Positions 30,163 to 41,585 of a stretch of DNA of 64,000 nt are shown piece after piece (position 1 is the stretch's first letter; each line of letters starts with the position of its first letter). The DNA comes from an uncultured virus (IMG/VR IMGVR_UViG_3300017975_000001) (lineage: Duplodnaviria; Heunggongvirae; Uroviricota; Caudoviricetes). Location of the stretch: IMG/VR virus record IMGVR_UViG_3300017975_000001. One strand, written 5' to 3'. The notes under the pieces are model-generated. The model was not told where the DNA came from, did no database searches, and saw only the letters and a program-made list of their open reading frames with translations. The position numbers were made by a program, and so were the translations under genes.

Positions 30163-31832
30163 AAGGAAGGGAGAGTGCTATGCGCAGCAGCCTCTGGATC
30201 ATGCTCGAACGGCTACTCGACGAGTGGCTACCAAAAGATATAACGGGCGAGATCTTGGCTCTCATTGCGGCTATCGTGCAGGACGAAACTGCCGAAGCCC
30301 GGAAGCGCGCTGCCGAAGCGACTGAGTTGATGATGCGCGGAGAGGCTCTGCGTGACCAGATGAAGCTTCACGCAATCTTGCACGGCGCCTACGATCACCT
30401 CGTACGCAAGCCTGATGAATAAGTCATGAGTCCTCACAGCGCAAAAGACATTTTCGACCTCGGTCAAGCATTCATCATGCATATCGACCGGCGATTGCTC
30501 GACATGGCCACCGAACCAGGCGGCCCAATCACAATCGAAGACTACCGACGATGGACGTTCCAAACCGGTCACAGTTTGATCCACCTATGGGCGAAAGTGC
30601 AGGTTCGAGATTGCATAGCGGCATCATGGCAAGATGCTTGCCGTGAGTTTGGTGTACAGCACTGGGCCGAAGGTTGGAATCAAATCAGGTTGGATCTGCT
30701 CGACTCATGGGGTGTCCGTGAGCTAGCTCAAAAGGCTAACGAGGACGTCTGAAATGCCTCGCCACGGCGCCCTCGAAAAGACTGTCCCGACGTTTACGTT
30801 GATCGGTGAGCGCCGCAAGGCTAAGGACATTTTCAACAAGGGCGAGTGGAGTCAAGAGGTCGACGTCGCTGGCACTCGTTATCGCGTGCGCATCATACGT
30901 GGGCGTCGTGTACGCGTTGCGTACTCAGCCAAATGGGGCAACAAATGGTACGGCGAGATCTACAACGTAGCGAGCAGCAAGCGCATCTGGGACGCCGAAA
31001 TCCCAGGCTCGCTCGGCGTACGCGGTATGTTGCTCGATGCTGGACTCGTTCAGCTGCCGAGTAAGTGGTGGGATCATTTCCTGCGCAGCTGGCATTTGCT
31101 CGGCCGCGCGTGTCATGGCACGTGCCACCCTGAGTGTCGGCCGCAGAAGGCTGCAGCAACCATCTCACCTGATTCGCGGCTTGCCCGCGATCATACAACG
31201 CCGGGACAGCGGTGCCGAAGACTCTGTGAACATGAATGGCCTGACGCGCGTTGGTTGAAGGCCGACGAGGTGTTCTGTGTGAAGTGCGGAACCCAAAAGA
31301 CATCGAAGTGAGTCAGGAGTGGAGATGAAGAAGACCAAGACGGATCCGATGGAGCGCTGGTATGCACACGTCAAAGCGACGCCGCCCGGGATGATTCCGG
31401 TGTTGTTGGATGGACGTGTTCTGGCATGGAATGTCGCACCAGGACCCCTGAAGGCGATCCGTGCATACTTCGGATCGGTCGCGCCGAAACGGAAGTGGCC
31501 TCGATGGGTCACAACCGAATAGGCATGGAGTCAAATCATGAATCGCGCCAATCACGTGAATCAGATCCAAAAACGCGGGCTCATTGGCCCTACCGGAGTC
31601 GAAGGACGTTTCTATTTCGAGCCAGACGACGAGGACGACGGAAGTCTTTCGTGGCGCCTCGATCGGATCAGCGCCGACCTCGCTAAATTCGTCAACGAGA
31701 AGCTCGACGCATACGACACCGTCGATCCTTGCGTGGCCGCCCTCGACGAAATCCTTTGGATCGCCACGATGAGGAAGGATTTGGAACTGCTGGACGTCCT
31801 TAGGCGCTTCTTGTTGAAGTGATCAAACCAAA

Positions 31833-32243
31833 ATGCCAAAACTCGACTCTGCAATTCGATATGCACGTGCGATTCGCCGAAACCTCCAACGCTATGGCAG
31901 TTGGGGACCGGCGCTTGGCGGCGCATGTGGCCTAGCCTCGATACGCTTGGCTATCAAGTTGAAAGATCCGAAGACCCTCGTGCTCGGTGATTTCATCTGG
32001 GACGGGCGCGAGCATCCACACGCGTGGAATCTCATTGACGGGCACATCGTCGACATCACGGCCACGCAGTTCGACTGTTACGCCGCCACAAAGTATCCGG
32101 CCATCCACGTAGTTCATAGCCGTTCGCGTGACGCTCGCATCTATGCGCAAATTACTCGTGGCTTGCGTGCTGCCCGTCGTATGGACGAATGGACCTATCG
32201 AGGCTGGCGGCAACTTCGTGAGACGCTCGCAACTTACTCTTGA
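31833..32243 (+). CDS. Transglutaminase/papain-like fold protein (Cys-His-Asp)
   Basis: GACGLAS...HAWNLIDGHIVDITATQF. Confidence 0.55.
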   Translation: MPKLDSAIRYARAIRRNLQRYGSWGPALGGACGLASIRLAIKLKDPKTLVLGDFIWDGREHPHAWNLIDGHIVDITATQFDCYAATKYPAIHVVHSRSRDARIYAQITRGLRAARRMDEWTYRGWRQLRETLATYS

Positions 32244-32253
32244 CAAGTGGAAT
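32235..32253 (+). promoter_or_regulatory. Early-type promoter motif
   Basis: TACTCTTGACAAGTGGAAT, identical to the copy at 28928. Confidence 0.75.
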
Positions 32254-33083
32254 AACTCGACGGCAAGCTGCGTTTGAGCATTGAAAAGGAAGAGATATTA
32301 CCGTGCCAATGATCGTTCCTGGGCCTGACGATGAAGTGTTCGAGCAATGCTGCGAGGATGTGTACAAGGCGCTCGAAGCAATTGACGCGCGGATCGCGCA
32401 GATCGAGAAGAGCCCTACGAAGGACGACTTCCCGAAGGTGTTTTGGCTCACGCGGCGCGACGCGATCCAGCGCGCCTACAACGCGCTCTTGGGCCAGATC
32501 TGGATCGACCATTACCGTCGACACGGCGAGAGCACGCGCGACGCGCTGACACGCGCATGCGCAGAGGGCCGAGAGATCCACGCCTGGGTGAGTCACATCC
32601 AAGAGGTCACCGACGACGGAGCCGCGATCATCATCGGCAGCCCTCCTCCGCTCACCCTCGAAGAGGCTAGCCGCATCTACGCGCGTGAACCCAACCGCGT
32701 CTACGTCACGTTGAACGAGGAAGAGGGCCGGTGACTAGGTTTCAATCCACACGACGGTTGTTTCAATTCACACGACGGTTGCCCGGTCACGTGACGCTGA
32801 CTGAGTACCTGACGCCTGAGCAAGCGGCTGATCGTGACGCCGCACGCGCTATCACGAACGAGTACCTAGCCGCTCGCGATGCTGGCTCGGAGGCTCGGTG
32901 GACGCCGAGCGGTCGCCGTCGCTCGACCAAATCGGCGATCTACAAGGCGTGGGAGCGTCGGTTCAAGGCTGCCGAACAGGCGCTGGATGCGCTCCAAGCT
33001 AACTGCTCGCACGAGTCGCGTGGCTTCTTTTCGAGGGCGCACTGCGATCGCTGCAAGCGCTTGCTCGATACTACGGAGGCAAC

Positions 33084-33554
33084 GTGAAGAGCCAAACGGC
33101 AAGTGCCTTGCTGCAGGCGATTCGGTCACGCGGTTCAGACGCCGAAACGATTCGCGACGCCGCACATGAAGCTACGCATGCACTGCAGACGAATCTCCAC
33201 AGTCCGTGGAATCGCGACAACATCCATGAAGCAGTCGAGCGTCTGGCCAAACGGCATTTCCTGGGGCGCCACTTCGGTCGCATGAGTGCGCTGGTCCGCT
33301 TCGAGCTAGAGGCACGTGCCGTCGAGATGTTGACCAGTCAACACTTCAACGAGAAATACGACATCCAGCACTGGGCCACTATCTGTTGGATGGAGACGGC
33401 CAAAGCCTTCCAGACCAACATCGGCGAGATCGATGACGTGATCGCCGCGATCAAGACCAATGCCGAGGACCGTCGAACGATTGCGCTATTCAAGCGCGTA
33501 CTCGCCATCAAGCCGAAGCGCGGTGCACGTCAGCAGCCTGCGGTGTCAGCATGA
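33084..33554 (+). CDS. HExxH zincin-like protein
   Basis: AAHEATHAL with a downstream ELEA. Confidence 0.45.
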   Translation: MKSQTASALLQAIRSRGSDAETIRDAAHEATHALQTNLHSPWNRDNIHEAVERLAKRHFLGRHFGRMSALVRFELEARAVEMLTSQHFNEKYDIQHWATICWMETAKAFQTNIGEIDDVIAAIKTNAEDRRTIALFKRVLAIKPKRGARQQPAVSA

Positions 33555-33767
33555 ATCAGAGAGCGCATATCGAAGCGGCCAAGCATCTGCGCCTTACTGT
33601 GACGCGCTATATCGCGAAGCGCGCTACGTTGGACGATATTCGTGATGCGATGGCAACGCTTGTCGCAGCTGCGCCAGTTGCAGGCGAGCCTGGATATCGC
33701 GTTGTGAAGTACCGCTGTCCAAACGATATATGGGATCGCCGCACGCCCTACCGCAAGTGAGCTAATC

Positions 33768-34556
33768 ATGGACTTTTCAACTATCAACCTCGACGTTCTG
33801 CGTACGCTGCCGACGTACACGCTTCCGTCTACTCAACACCTCCAAACTGATCCTGGAAATGGCTGCGCAGGCGATCCACCAGGGTATCCGACGTACTTCA
33901 CGCGAGCTGTCTATACGGCACATGGAGATACGCCAAACCGTGGTCCGTCGATGGTCATTAGGCATGAAGGCGCGCTCTACGTGGTCGAACGTGCTGAATG
34001 GGCCAAGGGTGATACGTGGGAGGCGCGTCGAGCGCATTACGAGGAGCTGATGCGCCGCCTCTGGCTGTCACCCTTTTATGGCTCTGCGCGCGTCCGCGCC
34101 TGGATCGAGGAGACCTACCGACACTTCGCGCACTGCTACCGCGACGATGCAGGGCTCGTGACGGATGCGCGCGATAACGGCGTCGTCATCTTTCCTGTAC
34201 CGAGCTACAAGCTCAGGGCGTTCGTCGACGATCCGCGCTTCTCTACCGAGTGGCGTATGCGTGAGCGCACTGCGATCGATCAGTACAACGCAGAGCTGCT
34301 AGCGCACACGATGGACGTCTGCACGCCTGAAAACCATGTTGCGTATCGTCGCATTGCGAAGTTCTATCCCGAACACAAGCCTGACCGTCGCTTGATCGAC
34401 TTTCCGCCCGAGCGCGTCGGCGGCATGTGGTGGGAGACTGAAGCGACCCAACCGACGCCCGAAAACTGCCGACCGCGTAGTATGGGCAAGCATCCGCTCA
34501 ACGGGACGTGGTGCCAGTGGTGTGGCACACACGATATTGACCAAGGGCTCACGTGA
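33768..34556 (+). CDS. Hypothetical protein
   Basis: 262 aa with a C-terminal H...CQWC motif. Confidence 0.6.
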   Translation: MDFSTINLDVLRTLPTYTLPSTQHLQTDPGNGCAGDPPGYPTYFTRAVYTAHGDTPNRGPSMVIRHEGALYVVERAEWAKGDTWEARRAHYEELMRRLWLSPFYGSARVRAWIEETYRHFAHCYRDDAGLVTDARDNGVVIFPVPSYKLRAFVDDPRFSTEWRMRERTAIDQYNAELLAHTMDVCTPENHVAYRRIAKFYPEHKPDRRLIDFPPERVGGMWWETEATQPTPENCRPRSMGKHPLNGTWCQWCGTHDIDQGLT

Positions 34557-35220
34557 TCAAACGAATCGGTGTCTAACCCATGCGATATTCAGACTACCAT
34601 CGTGAACCTTACAGAAAGCACGCTAAACGCGCGGAGTCGTCGACTATCTGCGGTCGGCAGGGTTGGGCATCCGAACGTGCCACCAAGATCCAAAGTACGT
34701 CTGAAGCCGAAGCGTTCGCGCGACAGCCGGACGCATGCCTAGCCTGCATCAAGATCATCAGGAAAGGCGGTATGTGGTGAAGAATGTGGTGAAGAACTGC
34801 ATCGATCGCGAGCAACTCAAGGATCTGCTCGCGTACGCGCGCGAGATCGAAGATGTCCGGCTCGCCACGTTATGTATGAGAACACTGGACGGCGACAGCC
34901 TCTACCACAATTCAATGATCGAGCGTTGCACGGCCGCACATGCTGGTGCGCATACGAGTCGTGAATTCAAACGTGCTGCAAAGAAACGTCGAGCTGAGGA
35001 AAGCTAATGAGCGCTCCAAAGTACGCATTGATGTATGCCAAGGACATCACACGCCCACCTGGAGAGGCAGCCGCTGAAATCGTGGAGTTCGACTCGCGAT
35101 GGCGAATGTTGTGGTTCATCATTCGCGACAAAACAGCCCGCTCAGCGGTCCTCGCACAGCGTTACCATGTGTTTAGGGTAGCGTCTGACGAGACGCAAAG
35201 GCCGTAGATAAGGAACAGCG

Positions 35221-35799
35221 ATGTTAGACGAAAACCCGAAGCTAGAACGACCATACTACCTGACGAAGTTGCGCCCGATCATCAAGCGGCTGATCGTTGC
35301 AACTGTCTTCATCGTTGGCTTGGTGTCGAGTTTCTATATCGTGCGTGTAGTCTGCGCGATACCGAAGGTGGAAAACAACACGACGCCGAGGATAGCGAAT
35401 GACTTCATCATCGATGATGACTTCAGCCACGCGTGGATCGTAGACAACGGATCGATCACGAATACCGATGCGTATTCGCACCTCATAACGCCTGTAGCGC
35501 TTGCAGTATCAGACTGTCCGCATACAACAGCCGAAGGCACTGACACGTACTTCATCGTCCACATCGATCCTGCTGACGGCGTCAAGCCTGATTGCGCCGT
35601 GATTTTCACAGCCGCGTGGGCGGAGCCTCCCACGTGTGTGTTGTGGTTGCCAGTTAACGAAAAACGCCTAGCACACGTTCGTCCGGCAGACGTCTACAAG
35701 CTACCCAAGATTTATCTTCATCCAACGACCGCGTATGTCGATCTCGGCTGCTTGGCAAGTGGACACGAGTACACGGTACAGTGCGCTGCCAACCAATAA
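35221..35799 (+). CDS. Membrane-anchored beta-rich Cys-containing protein
   Basis: N-terminal TM LIVATVFIVGLVSSFYIV. Confidence 0.55.
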   Translation: MLDENPKLERPYYLTKLRPIIKRLIVATVFIVGLVSSFYIVRVVCAIPKVENNTTPRIANDFIIDDDFSHAWIVDNGSITNTDAYSHLITPVALAVSDCPHTTAEGTDTYFIVHIDPADGVKPDCAVIFTAAWAEPPTCVLWLPVNEKRLAHVRPADVYKLPKIYLHPTTAYVDLGCLASGHEYTVQCAANQ

Positions 35800-35809
35800 C
35801 GAACCAAGC

Positions 35810-35912
35810 GATCCCGTACGTGATCGAGCATGATCCCGTACGCGATCCTGCTATTGGCATTACGGTCTTGACAAGTTAGCCCATCGATCCTACCTTTGTC
35901 GCGTACGCGATC
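35810..35912 (+). promoter_or_regulatory. Sigma70-like promoter flanked by three GATC-box variants
   Basis: GATCCCGTACGTGATC (35810), GATCCCGTACGCGATC (35832), TTGACA-17 nt-TACCTT (35868-35896), TGTCGCGTACGCGATC (35897). Confidence 0.7.
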
Positions 35913-35938
35913 GAGCAACCTAGGGAATCCCGAGCAAC

Positions 35939-37018
35939 ATGCTTTCATTCGAAAAAGCCAAGCTGGCACTGATCGCTTGTGCGCGCGCCAAAATTACGAC
36001 CCTCCTCGTCGGTCCGCCAGGCACCGCTAAAACGAGCTTGGTGCGCGAGGTCGCTACTGAACTAGACCTACCCTGCCACGAGCTTCTAGCTTCGAACTGC
36101 GATGCCGTAGACATCGCTGGCTTGCCGTATGTCGTCGATGGCGAGCTTCATCGTGCGCTTCTGCCGCAAATCAAAGCGTGCGTCGATGGCCCAGGTTTAC
36201 TCTTTCTGGATGAGCTAACGAGCGTGCCACATTCGGTGCAAGCGCCTCTCATGCGGCTCTTGCTTGAATTCTATGCGGGCGGCCACAAGCTGCATCCAGA
36301 GAGCTGTGTGATTGCAGCCTGCAACCGTCCCGAAGAGTGCCCTGGCGGTATCGAGTTGTCCGCTGCGACCATCAACCGCGTCATCAAGCTCGTTGACTAC
36401 CAACCGACTGTCGAAGAGATCCGTGGCTACTTCGATCGAAGTGGTGGTGCACCCAACACACGACTACACGAAGAGTTCTCGGACTTCGCTGCGACATTGC
36501 ACGTGACGCCTGACCTACTCGACATGGTGCCGCCCAAAGCGGCGATCGATGCAGGGGCACCTTTCGCATCACCGCGCGCTTGGGAGCGCGGCTTGCGTGC
36601 CTACGCGGAATACTGCGACAAGGCCAAGGTCGGCTACAACGTCGGCAAGGACGACGACGCGATCGGTTACGAAATCTTGTGTGGCGCGGTCGGTGAAGCG
36701 AAAGCAATCGCATTTCTCGCGATTCGCAAGATGCGCAAGCATCTGCCTTCAGTCGATGAGATCATCGACGATCCAAACAAGGCAAGGGTTCCAGGAGAGA
36801 AGGATCGTCAGATCGCCGCGATCGGACTGCTCGCGCGCGTCGCTGGTCGCGATCTGATGTGCGCATGGATATACGCCGACCGCCTGTTGCCCGAGATCGG
36901 TGCTTCGTGCGCGCGTGTGCTCATGAACCGTGCGCCATCGCCTGGCATGTCGAAGTTTCATAACGCAGGCGTCGCCGCACAGGTCAAGCTGCTCGCACGT
37001 ATTCGTGGCAGCATGTGA
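35939..37018 (+). CDS. MoxR-like AAA+ ATPase
   Basis: Walker A GPPGTAKT, Walker B LFLDE, IAACN sensor, INR Arg finger, and ASPRAWE. Confidence 0.88.
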   Translation: MLSFEKAKLALIACARAKITTLLVGPPGTAKTSLVREVATELDLPCHELLASNCDAVDIAGLPYVVDGELHRALLPQIKACVDGPGLLFLDELTSVPHSVQAPLMRLLLEFYAGGHKLHPESCVIAACNRPEECPGGIELSAATINRVIKLVDYQPTVEEIRGYFDRSGGAPNTRLHEEFSDFAATLHVTPDLLDMVPPKAAIDAGAPFASPRAWERGLRAYAEYCDKAKVGYNVGKDDDAIGYEILCGAVGEAKAIAFLAIRKMRKHLPSVDEIIDDPNKARVPGEKDRQIAAIGLLARVAGRDLMCAWIYADRLLPEIGASCARVLMNRAPSPGMSKFHNAGVAAQVKLLARIRGSM

Positions 37019-37021
37019 ACA

Positions 37022-38293
37022 ATGGCTAAACGTCTCCCACCTCGATCTGCTGTTAACGGTACCGACGGTGCCAATGAGAACGCTGCGCTCGTAGCGCGCC
37101 TGCAGAAGCAGGCGATGAATCTAGGTTGGAAGTTCCCGTTCTTCTTGCCCGTGCTCCCACACATCGAGTTTCGTGCTGATCAACGCATTCTGACGGCTTG
37201 TGTAAAGATCAGCGGTGTAGTGTGCGTCGCACCTTTCTTTGCAAAAGACCTGACGGATCCAGAGTTGCAATTTGTGATCGCGCACGAGTTCATGCATTTA
37301 CTCTTGCTCCATCACGACCGCCGCGGGCATCGCGACGTGACTCGTTGGAACGTCGCATGCGATCTCGTGATCAACCGTACACTCAAGAATGCTGCAGACC
37401 AGGCCGGTGCCGCTGCCTTCAAGATGCCAAAGGTTGGCATCATCGCGGATGAATCACAGGCGGAGATGACTGCAGAGCAGCTCTATCAGATTCTCCCGCC
37501 GCAAACGCAACTACAAGGGATCGATCCTACACAAGTACAGGTCGGAGCCGGTTGCGGTCCATTGCCAGCAACTGACGGCGAAGGCGAAGCCAAGCTCGAT
37601 CAAAGCCAGATCGACGAGCTTCAGCGCAAATGGCGCGAGGTCGGAGTGCAAGCGCAGCAACAAGCACGTGATGCAGGTGCGGGTGCTGGCGACATTCTCG
37701 CTGACGTACTCGATCTGCCAGAGCCTAAGGTTCGCTGGCAAGACGTTCTGCGTGCAGGACTCATTCGCGCATTGACGCAAGCTGGCCACGATGACGTTTC
37801 ATGGGAACGTAGGTCACGGCGGTCTTTGCCTGGCGTGATCCTTCCAGGTGGCATCACGTATCATTGTCGTGGCGCCGTCGTTATCGATACGTCTGGATCG
37901 ATGTCCGATGAGGACCTTGGGCGAGCAGTAACCGAGACTGAAGCCATCGTCAATCACACACGTATACCCGTGTTTTTGGTCGTGCATGACCACGAAGTTC
38001 AGGCAGCTTGTTGGATCGCACCAGGACACCGTCACACCGTGCGCAATCAAATCAAGAAGCGCATAAAGGGCCGTGGAGGTACATGTTTCGACGGAGCTTA
38101 TCAGCGCGTCGAAGCCGAGCCTGGCCGCTTCAACGTGATGATTCATCTAACTGACGGCGAAATTTACAGCACGTGGCCGAGCAAGCCGCCGTCGGTGCGT
38201 AAGTTGGTAGTCGCACTATTAGGCTCCGCGAATCATAGCGACGTTCCAAAGGACGCACGTGTCATCGATGTCGAGATCTCACATGACAACTAG
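37022..38293 (+). CDS. DUF2201-type metallopeptidase + vWA domain protein
   Basis: HEFMH zincin motif and WNVACDLVIN; vWA MIDAS DTSGSM, GRGGT and LTDG. Confidence 0.85.
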   Translation: MAKRLPPRSAVNGTDGANENAALVARLQKQAMNLGWKFPFFLPVLPHIEFRADQRILTACVKISGVVCVAPFFAKDLTDPELQFVIAHEFMHLLLLHHDRRGHRDVTRWNVACDLVINRTLKNAADQAGAAAFKMPKVGIIADESQAEMTAEQLYQILPPQTQLQGIDPTQVQVGAGCGPLPATDGEGEAKLDQSQIDELQRKWREVGVQAQQQARDAGAGAGDILADVLDLPEPKVRWQDVLRAGLIRALTQAGHDDVSWERRSRRSLPGVILPGGITYHCRGAVVIDTSGSMSDEDLGRAVTETEAIVNHTRIPVFLVVHDHEVQAACWIAPGHRHTVRNQIKKRIKGRGGTCFDGAYQRVEAEPGRFNVMIHLTDGEIYSTWPSKPPSVRKLVVALLGSANHSDVPKDARVIDVEISHDN

Positions 38294-38301
38294 GGGACAA
38301 T

Positions 38302-39033
38302 ATGAAGAAGACGTTTCTGTTTAACCAGGGCTGGATCATCCGTGACTGTTCGAAGGCTATCGGCGGTATCCGGTACGACCGCGAGGCAATCAGCGAACGC
38401 ACGATCAACAGCGGCAATGGCGTTCGTGCCAAGTACCTCACGCACAAATCGATCGACCACGTCGAGTTCTGTGCGCTCGTGGACGCGCTTGTAAAGAAGG
38501 TTGACTACATACTGCGCAAGTATTGCACGCGTACAGACTTGGGCTGGTTTGCCGACGATGCGGCATTGGCTAACGTCCTAGCCGAGATCGCGCCGCTCAA
38601 ACGTGAAGCAGAAGTGTTGAACACCAAGCTCGCGAAGCGTGCACACTCCGCTCGACGTGCTGAGATTTCTGTAGTCCCGCTCAAGCTCGATTTCAATCAA
38701 CACGAAGCTATCAAGGTGATCGTCGGTACGATTCGTACGGGACTAACTGATTTCCGAGACGCGCTTCGTCGTGGTGATCTCGACGCGCTGCACGCCATCA
38801 GGATTCGTACATTGCACCTGGAGCGCCTCGCGACTGGTTTCCAGGAGGACGCGATTCGCAACGCACTTGGTCGAGTTCCCACAGCAGCGGCAGAATTGCG
38901 CAAAGCCATCAAGCGCGGCGAGACTCCAGAGCATGCAGGCGCTCAACTCGATCTCGAACTATTCGACGCTGCGCTCGCGCACTTTAGAGATTCGGTGTAC
39001 AGAGACGCCGAACTGGCGCAGTTCGCTAGCTGA
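38302..39033 (+). CDS. Helical accessory protein of the AAA+/vWA operon
   Basis: 243 aa, directly downstream with a GGGGA SD; possibly DUF3150-like (not verified). Confidence 0.5.
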   Translation: MKKTFLFNQGWIIRDCSKAIGGIRYDREAISERTINSGNGVRAKYLTHKSIDHVEFCALVDALVKKVDYILRKYCTRTDLGWFADDAALANVLAEIAPLKREAEVLNTKLAKRAHSARRAEISVVPLKLDFNQHEAIKVIVGTIRTGLTDFRDALRRGDLDALHAIRIRTLHLERLATGFQEDAIRNALGRVPTAAAELRKAIKRGETPEHAGAQLDLELFDAALAHFRDSVYRDAELAQFAS

Positions 39034-41250
39034 TGTGTAACGTCGATCTGGAGTCGTGCGAGGTCTGGCGTGAGACGAAGCGGAAAGCCCGCAAGGAGCA
39101 CGTGTGCTCTTGCTGCGGCGGCATCATCAAGTCCGGTGACCATTACATCGAACACTTTTCAACGTTCGAGGGCTATGCCACGAACGAGAAGATGTGCATG
39201 CCGTGCTTGATCATTGCTGATGACTTCAAGGCAGATCATGGGCAGCGCTGCAATCCTGGTGGCATGCCGGATTTGCTCTCGTCGTGCATCGCAGAGCGTG
39301 AGGACGACATCTATAACGAAGAGCGCGACGAATACGAGATGGGTGCGACGTCGAAGAAGTGGCAACGCTACCTCGACGAGATGGAGCAGCGTAGCAAAGC
39401 ACGAGTCGCGAACTGATGTCAGAAGATTCACCCGACAATACAGGGCTGGTTGAGGCAATCGAACGCGCTAAGCAAAGCGCCCTGCCGATTGCAGGCTTTG
39501 TCATTGCTATGGCAGAAACGGCCGGTGTTGAGGTAAATGACATCGTGAGCGCCATCGAACTCGCGCTCCTAACGGTGGTCACTGGTAAGCCTACCCTGGA
39601 GCGTATGCGGAATTCACTACGCATAGTCGCCGAGCCATTCGCTGCCACGATCGACACTCCTTGGGAAGTAGTCGCAGACGCGATCCTCGGTACCTTGCAA
39701 TGGACACCGCCTGATCCATCGACGTGGACGCTGGATAGCTGGAATTTGCAACGCAAACGTTCATAGTTAGAATCAGTCCAAGTGAAACTGAATCGACAAG
39801 GAGTACGAGTTCTAGATGACGACCGTCAGCGAAACGGTCGCCGTGAACGGCAGCATCAATTCGAAACGCGCTACCGTGCCGTTGCGGACGAGCACGTAGC
39901 AGGTCTCATTCACGAAGAACGCTTCAAGCAGTGCATTCACTGCGATTACACGCTTGACTCATACGAGCGCGAGGAGAACGCTCACCTGCGCGTGCCTTGC
40001 GCACCGCATCCGCGATCATGACAGTCAGAGAGGCCAAAAAGATCGCGAGCGCTCTTCGCTTAGTAGTACTGCAAGAGACTAAGCTGGCGCGCGGTACTCA
40101 CGTGGCCGCGATGCTTCCAGTAGTGCAACGCAATCTAAAGCAGCTAGTTTTGAAGGTACAAGCTATGGGCCTCGCACCGCGCGACGTGAAAGGCGATACG
40201 GGTACGAAAGCACTCGCTGCCGTCGCCCGAGTGGTTTTTTCAGCGAACGTAGCGCTTGCGACAGTACCTATGGAATCCGAATGGCGCATGGTGTTGCAGC
40301 TGGCAGAGGCCGAGCTGTACTTGAGCAGGAAGCGGTGGTTCGCGGTCACACTTCAACTTGCAAAGACCAGGTACGCGAAGGTTAGTAACTCATGAGCAAC
40401 GAACGACTTCAAGAACTCGTCAACGATCTACACAAAGCTGTCGCAAAGGACGTCGAGGAAAAGGCGTTTCAACGCGGCCTGGCACACGCTCGCGATCTCA
40501 TCGACGCTGCCTTGAAGGGAAACTCGATAGACGATTTGCTCAATAGAGCTTTGAAGAGCTGTGAAGAGGCAGGGAAGCCTGCACAACAGGATCGCGCCGT
40601 CGTCACTACGAGCACACCGCTCGAAATCAATACACACTCTGGCCCGACGTCGCTCAGCGTTCCTGACGACGCTCCGCGAATTGACGTGGCCGCTGGCGAT
40701 GATTGGCAGGGACAGCAACCGTTTCGCATTCAACTTGCCCGAAAAGGTCCTGGTGAGATCATCTTCCTGCTGACGATCGCAGGAACACGGCGCTTGACCA
40801 TGCTTCTTGATAACGTCGTCAAGAAGGCGATTCGACTCGACCCAGACTATGCGACCGGCGCTGAACGCCAGATTCAAGAGTTACGTGAGGAGCTGGCCAA
40901 GGCGCGAGCTGTGGTTCTCGACCGCGACGCCAAAATCAAACAGCTCGAACGGGTCCCTTCGCGAAGCACTGGCGATGAAAATCTGTTGTGACGATCACGA
41001 TTACTCCCGAACGCGTTCAGTGGTTCGCGAACTACTACAAGGCGAATCCGTCTTGGGGCGTTTTCCACATTTGCCTCGAAGACGGTAACTGGCGTCTAGG
41101 TGCGCGCGAAGACGGTCGAGAAGCGTGGCCCGTTGATATACGCGAAGCTGCTGCGTGGTTCGATCGCCTTTCACCGTCCCAGCGGCGCCGTCTTAAACTC
41201 AAGGCAGAAGATCGGGCAAGCACGCGTCTTGGATGATCCCTTTGTAACAG

Positions 41251-41284
41251 TACTCTTGACATGTTAAGAGGCGGACGATACCGT
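41251..41284 (+). promoter_or_regulatory. Early-type sigma70 promoter
   Basis: TACTC-TTGACA-17 nt-TACCGT, ending 8 nt before GTG 41293. Confidence 0.7.
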
Positions 41285-41585
41285 CCGAGCTGGTGACGTT
41301 GCAGGAAGCTTTTCATACGTGGGTAGACTTTGACGGAGCAGAATTTCTGCTGGCCAAGTGCCTTGGGCTCATACCCGACATCCCATGGAATCCTGGCGAT
41401 GCTTCCAAGCCAGGCGCTGGGATGAAAGCAGCGTTCTGGACCAGCAATCTCTTTGGCAACAACCTCTATCGGATTCTCGAAACGCTCGTGAAGCTGGGTG
41501 CACTCGAACAAAACGAAGATCGTCAGTTTCGTTGGCGTAATGGATTCGACTGGGAACAAGTCGCTGATCAAGACGATCCTGAGGA

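Noticed and set aside
32740..32781. 21-bp tandem repeat
   Set aside because: An in-frame micro-duplication (FQSTRRL/FQFTRRL) with no other copies seen; probably replication slippage.
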